Positions 8,088-16,508 of a stretch of 28,676 bases of DNA are shown in pieces; the stretch's first letter is position 1, and every line of letters starts with the position of its first letter. The stretch spans positions 1 through 28,676 of IMG/VR virus record IMGVR_UViG_3300037589_000020; one strand, written 5' to 3'. The notes beneath the pieces were generated by a model. That model worked only from the letters and a program-made list of their open reading frames with translations, did not search any database and was not told where the DNA came from. Both the position numbers and the translations under genes were made by a program. The stretch is from a virus (lineage: Duplodnaviria > Caudoviricetes).

Positions 8088-9590
8088 TTAGCAGTTGCTG
8101 AGCAGCTTCGGGGCCGCGTTCACAACCACCTGACGGATACGGACCGGCGGGCGGTACACAAAGTTCATGTGCAGCTTGCCCGGCACACCCTGACAACGCG
8201 CGGCGACTTCGAAGTCGTCGGTGATGGTCAGGTCCGAGTTGAGGTCTTCGAACTCGCTGAACAGGCGACCGACGTTCGCCTTGGCGAATGCGCGCATGGT
8301 GCCGAGCATCATCTTCCGGTTCACACCCTGCGCACCCTCGCGGATGTTGGTGTTCTCGGAGTAGTAGCCCAGACCTTGGAACTGTTGCAGCTCCTGCGCG
8401 ATCTCCGTGGCGGTGACAGTGGCAAGGCGGCGGGCGGCAACCGACTGGAATGTCAGGTTTTCGCGACCTTCCGCGTCGTAGCGGTTGTTCGTCACATCGT
8501 TGGTGATCATGGGGCTGGTGAGGGCACCTTCGCCGCCGGACACGGGCACAGTGACCACGAAGCCGGACTCACGGAGTTGTTCCTGCTCGTCAAAGGTCCA
8601 GCACGTGGTGCAGCTTTCCGGGGCCTTGACACAGTCCAGAACGCCGAAGTTCGGGCCTTGGATGCTCAGCTCCGGGTTGTCCACGGTCAGGCAGCACGAC
8701 TTGGCAGCGTAGGCAGCAACCTTCAACCACGGGAAGTTCGGGTCGGTGTTGCAGTGTGCCAGACGGCTGATGGTGGCGGTGTTGGTGTCACTGGCCAGGA
8801 TCTGACCCAGAGTGCCCGCGTTGTAGGTATAGCCGTGACCGAAGCACTGAGGCTTGTCGCACGCCCACGCGTCGTCCAGATAATCGACCATGCCATCCTG
8901 ATAGGCGGCGTCACCGGTCAGCAGTGCCCAGCAACAGACACAGCAGTCGCCGAACACGGTGCTGTAGTTCAGTTGTTCGGGGTCGGTTTCTCCGGTAACG
9001 GTCTGAGCGAAAGCCACGCCAACGCCGCCGGGCAGATAACCGTTCTTACCGTGCCAGTTGACTTCCGCGTTCAGGTAGTTGCCCACGGTGCCTGCGTTCT
9101 TGGCCGTCAGCGTGATCACGTTGGTGGTGACGCTTCCGGTGTACGGGAAGTCCGCCGGAATGGCCGCGTTAATGGCGGTCGCAATCTGGTCGGCCGTGTC
9201 ACCCGCCGAAACCCGGACGCTGATATTGTACCGGGCGTCGCCCCAGTAAATGTCAACACGACCGTCGCTGGTGGCGGGGCCGGTCACAGTTGCGGTGTAG
9301 ACCGCAGCGGTGGCCGCAGCGGCGTCAGCGCGGGGCAGGGCGAAGATTTCAACGGCGTCGTTACCGCAGCAATCAACAGCCACCTTCAGGGACTCGGCAA
9401 GAACCGAACCAGCGCCGAACATAGTATCAATGTCGCGCGCGGAAGTCATCTTGACAAGCTGGTCGTTGGTTGCGCTGCCCGCCGCCAGCTTCTGGCCCTC
9501 GATGACCATGCGGCATTTGTCGCCCACAAGGTTCGCGCTAGGGTCAAAGCACAGGCGGACGAATCCGTCGCGCAGAGAGTCGATAGCCAT
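8088..9590 (-). CDS. Contractile tail sheath protein (Mu gpL-like)
   Basis: 500 aa; FGAGSVL, GDTADQIATAINAAI and ITLTAKNAGTVGN motifs typical of Mu-type sheaths; 18 Cys. Confidence 0.92.
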   Translation of the reverse strand: MAIDSLRDGFVRLCFDPSANLVGDKCRMVIEGQKLAAGSATNDQLVKMTSARDIDTMFGAGSVLAESLKVAVDCCGNDAVEIFALPRADAAAATAAVYTATVTGPATSDGRVDIYWGDARYNISVRVSAGDTADQIATAINAAIPADFPYTGSVTTNVITLTAKNAGTVGNYLNAEVNWHGKNGYLPGGVGVAFAQTVTGETDPEQLNYSTVFGDCCVCCWALLTGDAAYQDGMVDYLDDAWACDKPQCFGHGYTYNAGTLGQILASDTNTATISRLAHCNTDPNFPWLKVAAYAAKSCCLTVDNPELSIQGPNFGVLDCVKAPESCTTCWTFDEQEQLRESGFVVTVPVSGGEGALTSPMITNDVTNNRYDAEGRENLTFQSVAARRLATVTATEIAQELQQFQGLGYYSENTNIREGAQGVNRKMMLGTMRAFAKANVGRLFSEFEDLNSDLTITDDFEVAARCQGVPGKLHMNFVYRPPVRIRQVVVNAAPKLLSNC

Positions 9591-9805
9591 TAGGAGGTCT
9601 CCTTCTTGTCGGCTTCAGCCGCAGGCTTCTTTACAGGGGGTTTAACGGCCTCCGTGGACCGCTGCTCGATGTCGCCCCAGACATTCAGCAGGCGGTCAAC
9701 ATACGGGGTGAGTTCCACCGCCACATATTCGTCGTCCGGAATGAAAGGGCCGTCCGGGGCAGTTCGAGCGATGCGCCCCGGCTTGGCTTTAACTTCGATT
9801 CGCAT
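9590..9805 (-). CDS. Small pre-sheath protein (Mu gp38/DUF2635-like)
   Basis: Start moved to ATG 9805 (MRIEVKAKPGR...FIPDD...YVDRLL..GDI), with GAGGAG RBS; typical position. Confidence 0.7.
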   Translation of the reverse strand: MRIEVKAKPGRIARTAPDGPFIPDDEYVAVELTPYVDRLLNVWGDIEQRSTEAVKPPVKKPAAEADKKETS

Positions 9806-9815
9806 AACTGCTCCT

Positions 9816-10436
9816 CTACTCTGTGATAGGGCCATGGTCGTCGGCTTCGCCTTCCGACCAGTTCTCGCGCCCGTGCGGATTGCGCTTGCGAGCGGCGTCG
9901 CAAGGGTCTTCCGGATCGGGGCACTCGCGGGGCGGGCATTTACCCGCCGCACCTAGGACGCTCGTGGTGATGACGAACGGCACCGGCTTGGCTGCCAACT
10001 CCTCCGGCTCGCACCAGCGGGTTTCCATGCCGAACCGCATTGCAATGTAGACCGCAAACTCGTCGCTTTCTACGTCAAGACTGCGGTAGCGCAGAATGGA
10101 ACCGCGCGGGCTGGTCCAGTTGCGGGCCAGAGACAGCATACGGTCACGAAGCGTTTCGTAGTCGTAGAAGGCAAAGAACGGACTGTCGTTGCCGTCTTCC
10201 TTCTTGTACTTTACCGGCTCGAACACGAAGTGGACAAGGATGTCGTCAGTAAGGTTGGGAACCTTAGACCCTTCCCCGGTTTCGCCCACCAGTGCCACCA
10301 CAGCGATCGGCAGGGTGGGGATGTTGGTGCTCTTGTCGAACGGGTCCACCTCGCTTACCGCAATGGACCGCCCTTCCAGTTCGGGGAACGTCTCGGCAAT
10401 GGCTTTCGCCAGCGCGGGCAGTGTTGGCTCTGGCAT
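9816..10436 (-). CDS. Probable tail terminator protein
   Basis: Synteny (neck genes, HK97 gp10-like, this gene, sheath); AGGAG RBS; Cys/Pro-rich C-terminal tail. Confidence 0.65.
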   Translation of the reverse strand: MPEPTLPALAKAIAETFPELEGRSIAVSEVDPFDKSTNIPTLPIAVVALVGETGEGSKVPNLTDDILVHFVFEPVKYKKEDGNDSPFFAFYDYETLRDRMLSLARNWTSPRGSILRYRSLDVESDEFAVYIAMRFGMETRWCEPEELAAKPVPFVITTSVLGAAGKCPPRECPDPEDPCDAARKRNPHGRENWSEGEADDHGPITE

Positions 10437-10867
10437 CAGTTCAGGCTCCTAGACTTGCGAGCGTGGTTGCCCCGCGCCCACTGGACCCAGCCGCGTGAAC
10501 GAGGCTTGGCCTGCTCGGCACCGGCGACAAGAGCGTGGTCGCTCATTTTGCGACGCGCCATCTTGCGGGTGCCTTCCCGCAGGAACTTGGCGTAGTGGAC
10601 ATTCGTCCCGATGGTGACGCTGTCCTTGGCCTGCCGACTCTTAAGACTGGCCAGCAAACGCCCGGTGTCGTTTGCAGGGTATTCACCGGGGGCCGACGCT
10701 TGGTGCCTGCGACCGCCGCGCCGCCTGTAGATCCGCCCACTGTGACGCCCCAGCATACCGGCGGCGAAGTGTTGCTGCGCGCGGGCGCGAACAGCGGACA
10801 ACCAACCACGGATGACAGGCCGTTGCAGTTGCGAATAGAACTTTCGCCACGGCTTAAACTCGAACAT
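10436..10867 (-). CDS. HK97 gp10-like tail completion / morphogenesis protein
   Basis: ASAPGEYPANDTGRLLAS and IGTNVHYAKFLREGTRKMARR motifs; start at the TAATG-coupled ATG 10867. Confidence 0.8.
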   Translation of the reverse strand: MFEFKPWRKFYSQLQRPVIRGWLSAVRARAQQHFAAGMLGRHSGRIYRRRGGRRHQASAPGEYPANDTGRLLASLKSRQAKDSVTIGTNVHYAKFLREGTRKMARRKMSDHALVAGAEQAKPRSRGWVQWARGNHARKSRSLN

Positions 10868-11298
10868 TAAAGCTTCACTCCATGCGGCATGTGCATCACG
10901 GGACCGGCTTCGGCCTCCGTGGTGGGCTCCGCCGCGTCGTCGCTGCGCTCCACAAGGCGGCAACTGAACGTCTGGAAGGCGTTGCCCGCGTGTTCTGTTT
11001 GTCCGGTCTTAAGTACCTTGAACCACCGGGGCGGAGATTTAAGGCGCTTTTCGTAGATCCAAGCCATCAGGCTTACGTTCAAGTCCCAGCGGTAACGGAC
11101 GGTTGTGACGTGCGTTTGTTGGGCGCGGGACTCGTTCATGGCAGCGCCTTGACGACTGAACCCGCTTCCCGACTTCTGCTCAATCATGGCCCACATTTCG
11201 GCAACCTCGCCCCGGTTGAGGATGAGGTCGCCATTGGACTTAACCACGTCGCACTGACTGCACAGGATCACACGGTGCTGTAGCTTGGCGATGTGCAT
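10867..11298 (-). CDS. Head closure / head-tail joining protein (neck 2)
   Basis: LQHRVIL...EMWAMIEQ.SG...THVTTVRYR pattern of SPP1 gp16-like proteins; synteny. Confidence 0.75.
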   Translation of the reverse strand: MHIAKLQHRVILCSQCDVVKSNGDLILNRGEVAEMWAMIEQKSGSGFSRQGAAMNESRAQQTHVTTVRYRWDLNVSLMAWIYEKRLKSPPRWFKVLKTGQTEHAGNAFQTFSCRLVERSDDAAEPTTEAEAGPVMHMPHGVKL

Positions 11299-12002
11299 CA
11301 GATTGCGTTCCTTACCATAGAGCGCCAGATGGCGACTGCCCCGCTGGCGTGCGCCGGGTCGGCTGCGGATGCGGCGTCAAGGTTCGTGCCCGAGGACCGC
11401 CCGCCGCTGGTGTTGGTTGTCACGACGTTATCGCCAGCGTTCATCACCACGTGGGCGATATACTTCAGCGCCCCCAGTTTGAGGGTCGCGGTGTGACTGC
11501 CAAGCTTGGAAAGGCACTCAAACCCGCTGACGTACATGATTCGGCTGAACGGTTCCGGACCGCACGGGTTACAGCAACCAAGGCCGAAGTCGTCGTGATC
11601 GCGCGGAATTTCTATGTGCGTGCTGCCCGGCGGTACGTTGAACAGGCGCGGTTTCTGGTTCGCCTTACCGTAGTGCCAGATCCTACCGTCCATCGTGGGG
11701 TGTTTCAGTGTGTGCGAGAACGTGCGGCGGCGGTAGAACCGGGGGTTAGTGTCGATCGGCGGACGTACATCCTCGAACACGGTTTCACGGCTGTGGAAGC
11801 GGAGGCCCGTGTATTCCTGCGCTGCCATGAGCGCCGCGTCACGGTACAGTTCCAACAGTTCGTCCGTCACCGACGGAATGTCGTCGGTCTTGGTGTGACT
11901 GCGGATAATACTCAGCGGCAGAATAGCGTCAAAGTCGTACGGGTCCAGAGGAACGTCCTCTGGTCCGAACTGCTTCTGCATTGGTACTGCCGTGATAGAC
12001 AT
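11298..12002 (-). CDS. Head-tail adaptor (neck 1)
   Basis: 'IIRSHTKTD...DELLELYRDAALMAAQEYTG' and 'LKLGALKYIAH' gp6/gp15-like motifs; start taken at the TAATG-coupled ATG 12002. Confidence 0.8.
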   Translation of the reverse strand: MSITAVPMQKQFGPEDVPLDPYDFDAILPLSIIRSHTKTDDIPSVTDELLELYRDAALMAAQEYTGLRFHSRETVFEDVRPPIDTNPRFYRRRTFSHTLKHPTMDGRIWHYGKANQKPRLFNVPPGSTHIEIPRDHDDFGLGCCNPCGPEPFSRIMYVSGFECLSKLGSHTATLKLGALKYIAHVVMNAGDNVVTTNTSGGRSSGTNLDAASAADPAHASGAVAIWRSMVRNAI

Positions 12003-12742
12003 TATCCGCAATCCTTAGAAACGATGTCGAAACACGACATGTGGTAGTAGAGGTTCCCGTCACAGTCTTTGGCGGGCTGGCGAATGGTCAGGCGGAAGCG
12101 CTCGCAGTCACGCACACCCACGGGCATCGTGATCGGGAACTTTACTTCCTGCGTATGGGACAGGGTCTGGATTTGAGTCGCGTCGATGAACGGTTCCAGC
12201 GCCATACGGGCAGGGTCGCGCCGAGCGGTGTGCTGACCGACCGAGATACGCACGGTGCGGGTAACGGAGCGTCCCTGCGCATCTTCCATTTCGTAACTGA
12301 AATAGTCGTAACCGGTGAAGCCGCCGTTGGGAGTGTAGGTGAACGTTGCCGCGCCGGAGGTGCCGGTCTGCGAAAGCGTGCCGTTCTTGGGACCGCTGAA
12401 CGGGACCACCTTATACGCGAAGGTGTTGCCAGACGGGGCCGAGTTGGTACTCAGGTCGATGGTCAGCTCTGTACCGACGGGGGTGTTCAGTGTGTAGTTG
12501 GTGTTCGAGGGCGGGACGAAACCTTCAACTGCGTTGGTGGGGCAGGAGGAGCGGTCAGCCTCGATGTTGAATTCTAGCGTGGGCACAATGCCCGGAGGGG
12601 CGATCGGTAGACTCCACGGAGCGTAGTTGATGGTGACGAGGTTGGTTTCGCCGGGACGCAGGTTCAGCGTCTCACAGCAACAAGCCTGACAGGTCGTCCC
12701 AGCGGGGGCACCGTCACGGGCGTCAGCGGTGAAATAGAGCAC
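12002..12742 (-). CDS. Virion collar-like protein with Ig/cadherin-like domain
   Basis: GPKNGTL...FTYTPNGGFTGYDYFSY Big_9-like motif; N-terminal CQACCC; 9 Cys; GTG start with GAAAGG RBS. Collar assignment is by recalled similarity to the Milano layout. Confidence 0.65.
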   Translation of the reverse strand: MLYFTADARDGAPAGTTCQACCCETLNLRPGETNLVTINYAPWSLPIAPPGIVPTLEFNIEADRSSCPTNAVEGFVPPSNTNYTLNTPVGTELTIDLSTNSAPSGNTFAYKVVPFSGPKNGTLSQTGTSGAATFTYTPNGGFTGYDYFSYEMEDAQGRSVTRTVRISVGQHTARRDPARMALEPFIDATQIQTLSHTQEVKFPITMPVGVRDCERFRLTIRQPAKDCDGNLYYHMSCFDIVSKDCG

Positions 12743-12773
12743 GGCGAAAGCCTTTCTTACTCAGGTGAGGGGT

Positions 12774-12797
12774 GGCGGCCCCCGTGGGGGGCCAGCC
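12774..12797 (-). repeat. Conserved intergenic hairpin, copy 2
   Basis: mRNA GGCUGGCCCCC-CAC-GGGGGCCGCC followed by ACCCCUCAC. Confidence 0.65.
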
Positions 12798-12799
12798 GA

Positions 12800-12904
12800 T
12801 TAACTCGCGGCTGCGGGAGCCGGGTTGCACACGAAGCACGGTGCCGGAACAAGCACGGTGGCGTTGTTCTGCGAGCAGTTCGGTTTGCAACTCAGTTTAC
12901 CCAT
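12800..12904 (-). CDS. 34-aa Cys-rich micro-protein, candidate capsid linking protein
   Basis: Below the ORF-track cutoff. GGAGGA RBS 6 nt before ATG; translates to MGKLSCKPNCSQNNATVLVPAPCFVCNPAPAAAS*. Confidence 0.8.
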   Translation of the reverse strand: MGKLSCKPNCSQNNATVLVPAPCFVCNPAPAAAS

Positions 12905-12974
12905 GGGACGTCCTCCATATAGGTACGAGTCCGCCAGTTACCGCCGGGCGGACACAATCATAACGCGACGGGCG

Positions 12975-13403
12975 TTATTCGTCTTCGGCGTCGTCCGTGG
13001 ACGGGGCCGGTGGGACCACAGGTGCGCTAGGCGGCTCGCTGGGGGTCGGTGCGGGCGCGACGGCAGGGGTAGGTGCCGGGGCAGGCGTTCCAACCTCCTG
13101 TGCGACCGCTACGCCGCCCAGAAGCGCGACTTCGGCGTCGTCAGGGGTGCGGGCGTAGCCCTGCGCCAACAACGGGCGGGCGATTTCCTCGGGAAACAGT
13201 GCGATGTTGTCCTCGCGGTCCCACTGGACGGACACTTGGTCGCCCTGCATGTGGGTCTTGAAGTTGAAGACCCGGATACCGTCTCGGGTGATGCCCGTGA
13301 GGGCTTTCATCACAACCGCGAACTGTGCGTCCGGCGTTTCAACCAAACCATCGGAACGCCGATGCAACTCGAGCCCAGAATTTTCCAAGTTTTGTTCCGT
13401 CAT
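12975..13403 (-). CDS. Hypothetical head-module protein with Pro/Ala-rich, acidic C-terminus
   Basis: 142 aa; AAGGA RBS; within the structural operon. Confidence 0.7.
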   Translation of the reverse strand: MTEQNLENSGLELHRRSDGLVETPDAQFAVVMKALTGITRDGIRVFNFKTHMQGDQVSVQWDREDNIALFPEEIARPLLAQGYARTPDDAEVALLGGVAVAQEVGTPAPAPTPAVAPAPTPSEPPSAPVVPPAPSTDDAEDE

Positions 13404-13731
13404 AGCAGAGGATCCTTGCTTTCACGAGCTTGTCGTCGGCGGTGTCCACTTCCTGCATAAGGAAGAACTCGCAGTCTTCGTCGGCTATCAGCTCAAGGGT
13501 GTGTTGGGGGCGCATCTCTTCCGTGAGGCGCATGGAGGTTGGAGCCATCATGTCGGGCTTGTCCGACTTAATGTCCATCTTGTGGAGCGGCACGTGCGGG
13601 GACGGTTCATACTCGCCCACGCGCGAAAAGGCTACGACTGAGGCGTAATGTTCGCCGCGCCTCAATGCGGCGTGAAGGCTTACCGTCTGGCCACGGGTAG
13701 CCTTCACCGGTCCTGCAACGGTCTGCCTCAT
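13339..13731 (-). CDS. Hypothetical head-module protein
   Basis: Start taken at ATG 13731 (MRQTVAGPV...) just after the upstream stop; overlaps the next gene by 65 nt. Confidence 0.65.
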   Translation of the reverse strand: MRQTVAGPVKATRGQTVSLHAALRRGEHYASVVAFSRVGEYEPSPHVPLHKMDIKSDKPDMMAPTSMRLTEEMRPQHTLELIADEDCEFFLMQEVDTADDKLVKARILCYDGTKLGKFWARVASAFRWFG

Positions 13732-13735
13732 AGGC

Positions 13736-14143
13736 TTAACCCATCTTCGGGCCGGAAAGTACGCCAGCAACCAGAACGTTGTTTGTCTGGCCGGACGCGG
13801 ACACCAGCTGAATGAACGCGCCGTTACGGCACGGGATGGTCCCGGTGCAGACGGTGCCAGCTTCGGTTCCGGACGGGATGGTCACGGTGGCCTGCGCCGC
13901 TTCAGCACCGCCTTCACAGGTGGCGACTTCGGGCACGGCGGCAAAGGTGCCGGGGTTACAGGGGTTGGAAGAAGACGGCGGTGCCGCCTGAATGTTGAAC
14001 ACCGCGTCTGCAGTCAGAGTGGTGGTCACTTCGAAGGAAAACGCGAAGCCAACATGCTTGCGGATGTCAATGGGGCGGGCGTTGGTGCCATCCCACATGA
14101 CGCGCGGCTGGTGCTGGATCGCGTAATTACGCTGAACAGGCAT
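13736..14143 (-). CDS. Capsid decoration / minor capsid protein
   Basis: AGGAG RBS before ATG 14143 (MPVQRNYA...); 135 aa, beta-rich, 4 Cys; directly after the MCP gene. Confidence 0.7.
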   Translation of the reverse strand: MPVQRNYAIQHQPRVMWDGTNARPIDIRKHVGFAFSFEVTTTLTADAVFNIQAAPPSSSNPCNPGTFAAVPEVATCEGGAEAAQATVTIPSGTEAGTVCTGTIPCRNGAFIQLVSASGQTNNVLVAGVLSGPKMG

Positions 14144-14174
14144 TGGAAACTCTCCTAGTTGCCGTGAGGGTGGT

Positions 14175-14196
14175 GGCGGCCCCGTGGGGGCTCGCC
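14175..14196 (-). repeat. Conserved intergenic hairpin, copy 3
   Basis: mRNA GGCGAGCCCC-CAC-GGGGCCGCC followed by ACCACCCUCAC, after the MCP stop. Confidence 0.65.
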
Positions 14197-14214
14197 GTGC
14201 TGAGCGTGCCGGGC

Positions 14215-15684
14215 TTAGGAGCCGGACGGAGCCGCGCCAGCGGTGAGGGTACGTGCCGCAGGGCAGCACTGGACGAAACCGCCATCTTTCGCACCAAACT
14301 GGTACTTGACGCACCATGCGGTTGAGCCACCTTCCCACTGCTCCATGAACATGGGGCGGTGATTCACGGCAGCGTAGGCACGAGGCCAGACACCAGCGGC
14401 CATGATGAAGTCGCCGGTGGTGAACGGCGCATCGGTGGAACCCTTGGTCAGCCCTTCGGTGGCGTCGGGCAGGCAGTTGGAGATCCGGATACGGTCGCGC
14501 ACGTCGGAGGGGCTGAAGCCCATCAGACCGTCACCGAACAGGAAGCGCCCATTGTTGTCCACCATGGACGCGAAGTAGGCGAAGATGTTCTGGTGCATGA
14601 TGGCGGTCACGTCACCATACTCAACCGGGGCGGAGGCCAAGAACTGGCGCAGATCTTGGTGCGTCGGGTTCGGGCCGGGGGTCTGGAGCTTGGTGAAGCA
14701 ATCAGAGGTCAGCCAGCCCATCGGCTCGTTGACACCGTCGCCGGTGATCAGGGCCGCGTTGCGGTTGATGCGGTAGGAACGGGCCGCAGCACGCATCATG
14801 AAGCCGAGCAGGTCGTAATTCGCTTCGCGAAGGGTGTCACGCTGGAAGCAGAAAACACCGCGCCAGTCGTAGGTCTGGCCGTTTTTCCAGGTAATGTTGC
14901 CTTCGGGGCCGTATTCCGCGTCACACTTGGCGTCGCAGTCGTACTGACCGATGTCGCCGTAGCTTTCCACGTGCGGGAACATGAAGGTGGACTTGGACAC
15001 GGAAATCTGGGCGTACAGGTCCAGCAGTGACGCACACTCGATTTCACAGTCAACTTCAATGCCCAGCATTTCAGGGCTGAAGAAACCGGAGTCCAGAGAG
15101 GCCGCTTCAAACGCCTTGGTTTCCTCGGCGGTGAAGTCGCGCATGATGCGGGCTTTGGACTCGATGCCAACCTTCATCAGCTTCTGCACAGCGGAGCGGT
15201 AATGGCGCGGGTCGACCAAGTTGTCCAGGTCGGCTTCAAAGTCGGCCTCGGTGCCGCCCTTGACGATGTGCGCACGCTTCTGGAGTTCGATGGCGTTCTG
15301 GCGGTCTTTCTCGACCAGATCCTGGCCACCACGGTACAGCGGCTGATCCATCTCTTTCTTGATGGTTTCCACTGCCTCGGTACACGCCTGAAGCTTGGCC
15401 ATGGCATCGGCCATGGATTCGGCCTGTTTCTTGATGGCTGCCTGAGTTTCGCCATCAATTTCCTTCATCTTCTCCGCGTCTTTCTGCAGAGTGTGCAGGA
15501 TCTTGGCAGAGTCGTCGAAGTCGGCTTTCATCTTGGTAACAAGGTCAACTGCGCCGGACAGTTCTTTTTCCATGTTTTCCAGACCGGCTTCGCGCGTGCG
15601 ATCGTCGGGGTTGGTGTCCTTGCGGATAACCATCCCGGCTTTCATGGGACGGTCGCGCAGCACGTTATAAGGGATCTTGCTCAT
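14215..15684 (-). CDS. Major capsid protein, HK97 fold, with N-terminal coiled-coil delta domain
   Basis: NAALITGDGVNEPMGWL and MVDNNGRFLF motifs; GGAG RBS supports ATG 15684; 11 Cys. Confidence 0.93.
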   Translation of the reverse strand: MSKIPYNVLRDRPMKAGMVIRKDTNPDDRTREAGLENMEKELSGAVDLVTKMKADFDDSAKILHTLQKDAEKMKEIDGETQAAIKKQAESMADAMAKLQACTEAVETIKKEMDQPLYRGGQDLVEKDRQNAIELQKRAHIVKGGTEADFEADLDNLVDPRHYRSAVQKLMKVGIESKARIMRDFTAEETKAFEAASLDSGFFSPEMLGIEVDCEIECASLLDLYAQISVSKSTFMFPHVESYGDIGQYDCDAKCDAEYGPEGNITWKNGQTYDWRGVFCFQRDTLREANYDLLGFMMRAAARSYRINRNAALITGDGVNEPMGWLTSDCFTKLQTPGPNPTHQDLRQFLASAPVEYGDVTAIMHQNIFAYFASMVDNNGRFLFGDGLMGFSPSDVRDRIRISNCLPDATEGLTKGSTDAPFTTGDFIMAAGVWPRAYAAVNHRPMFMEQWEGGSTAWCVKYQFGAKDGGFVQCCPAARTLTAGAAPSGS

Positions 15685-15704
15685 CGGGGTCTCCATTCTG
15701 AGCG

Positions 15705-16508
15705 TTAAGACAGCGCCTTACGAAGTTCCGCCAGCTTGGCGGTGATGCTGTCAATTGATTTCATGGTGGACGCCGACACGGGCTCCGGTTTAGGTTCCGC
15801 AGGTTGGGACAAGCTTTTCACCCAACGGGTAAAGCGCTGCGCCTCGTTGCGGGACTTTGCGAAGCCGGACGCCACAAGGGCTTTCTCAGCTTCAGCAAGC
15901 GTGGTGAACGGCGCGTCGCCGTCCTTGTTCTTGATGTAGGTCATGCGGGCTTCGTCGTTGCAGGGGAACGTCACAACGCTCACCTCGAAGAGGTCGCCCT
16001 TGGTGATCAGCCAGAAGCTGTCCTCACCCTTCTCTACGAATTCGAAACCTCCGTCAACGAGGCGGAAGCCGACGCTGAAGTTCAGCCCGCCGTTCATCTT
16101 GGCGGCTTCGTACAGGTCACGCACGTAGCTGATGTTCAGGTTCAGCTGCGCCTCAATCCACAGGCCGCCTTCGCGATACTCCAGCTTCTTGATGGTGCCC
16201 GCCGGTTGGTCGGGGCGGTGTTGGGCGAGCAACTTAATCCCGCTCGGCCCTTCAAGGCCCTTCTCGTTGATGGACTCTTGGAACGCGCCGTCCGCCACAA
16301 CGTCCCAAGCGTGGTCCTTGTGGTTGGTGCTGGCCCAGCCCGCGATGTATCCCTCGGGCAGGCTGTTGGAGTCCGTGACGTCCAAGTTCTTGCGCAGCTC
16401 CTCGGTGGTGGCCGGGCGGAACTTGGTGGCAAAGGTGGACGCCTCACCGGCTCGATAGGCGGGGGCCTCTTTCGTAATGAACTGACCTGCGCGGCGCTTA
16501 TTCAGCAT
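15705..16508 (-). CDS. Prohead maturation protease (HK97 family)
   Basis: GYIAGWAS...D..WDVVADGAF, LLAQH, FSVGF and LFEVSVVTFPCN motifs; GGAG RBS favours ATG 16508. Confidence 0.93.
   Translation of the reverse strand: MLNKRRAGQFITKEAPAYRAGEASTFATKFRPATTEELRKNLDVTDSNSLPEGYIAGWASTNHKDHAWDVVADGAFQESINEKGLEGPSGIKLLAQHRPDQPAGTIKKLEYREGGLWIEAQLNLNISYVRDLYEAAKMNGGLNFSVGFRLVDGGFEFVEKGEDSFWLITKGDLFEVSVVTFPCNDEARMTYIKNKDGDAPFTTLAEAEKALVASGFAKSRNEAQRFTRWVKSLSQPAEPKPEPVSASTMKSIDSITAKLAELRKALS

Noticed and set aside
8169-9593. 474-aa plus-strand ORF, and similar ones at 3023-4105, 4946-5950, 15804-16613 and 16912-18144
   Set aside because: Antisense shadows of well-supported genes, expected from high-GC codon bias; no recognisable motifs.
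8057-14196. Hairpin repeats as CRISPR repeats, IS ends or intrinsic terminators
   Set aside because: Dispersed rather than arrayed; no spacers, transposase or U tracts.
14143-14338. Decoration-gene frame is open upstream into the MCP 3' end, suggesting an MCP-decoration frameshift fusion
   Set aside because: No slippery site seen, the extension is not protein-like, and the gene has its own AGGAG RBS.
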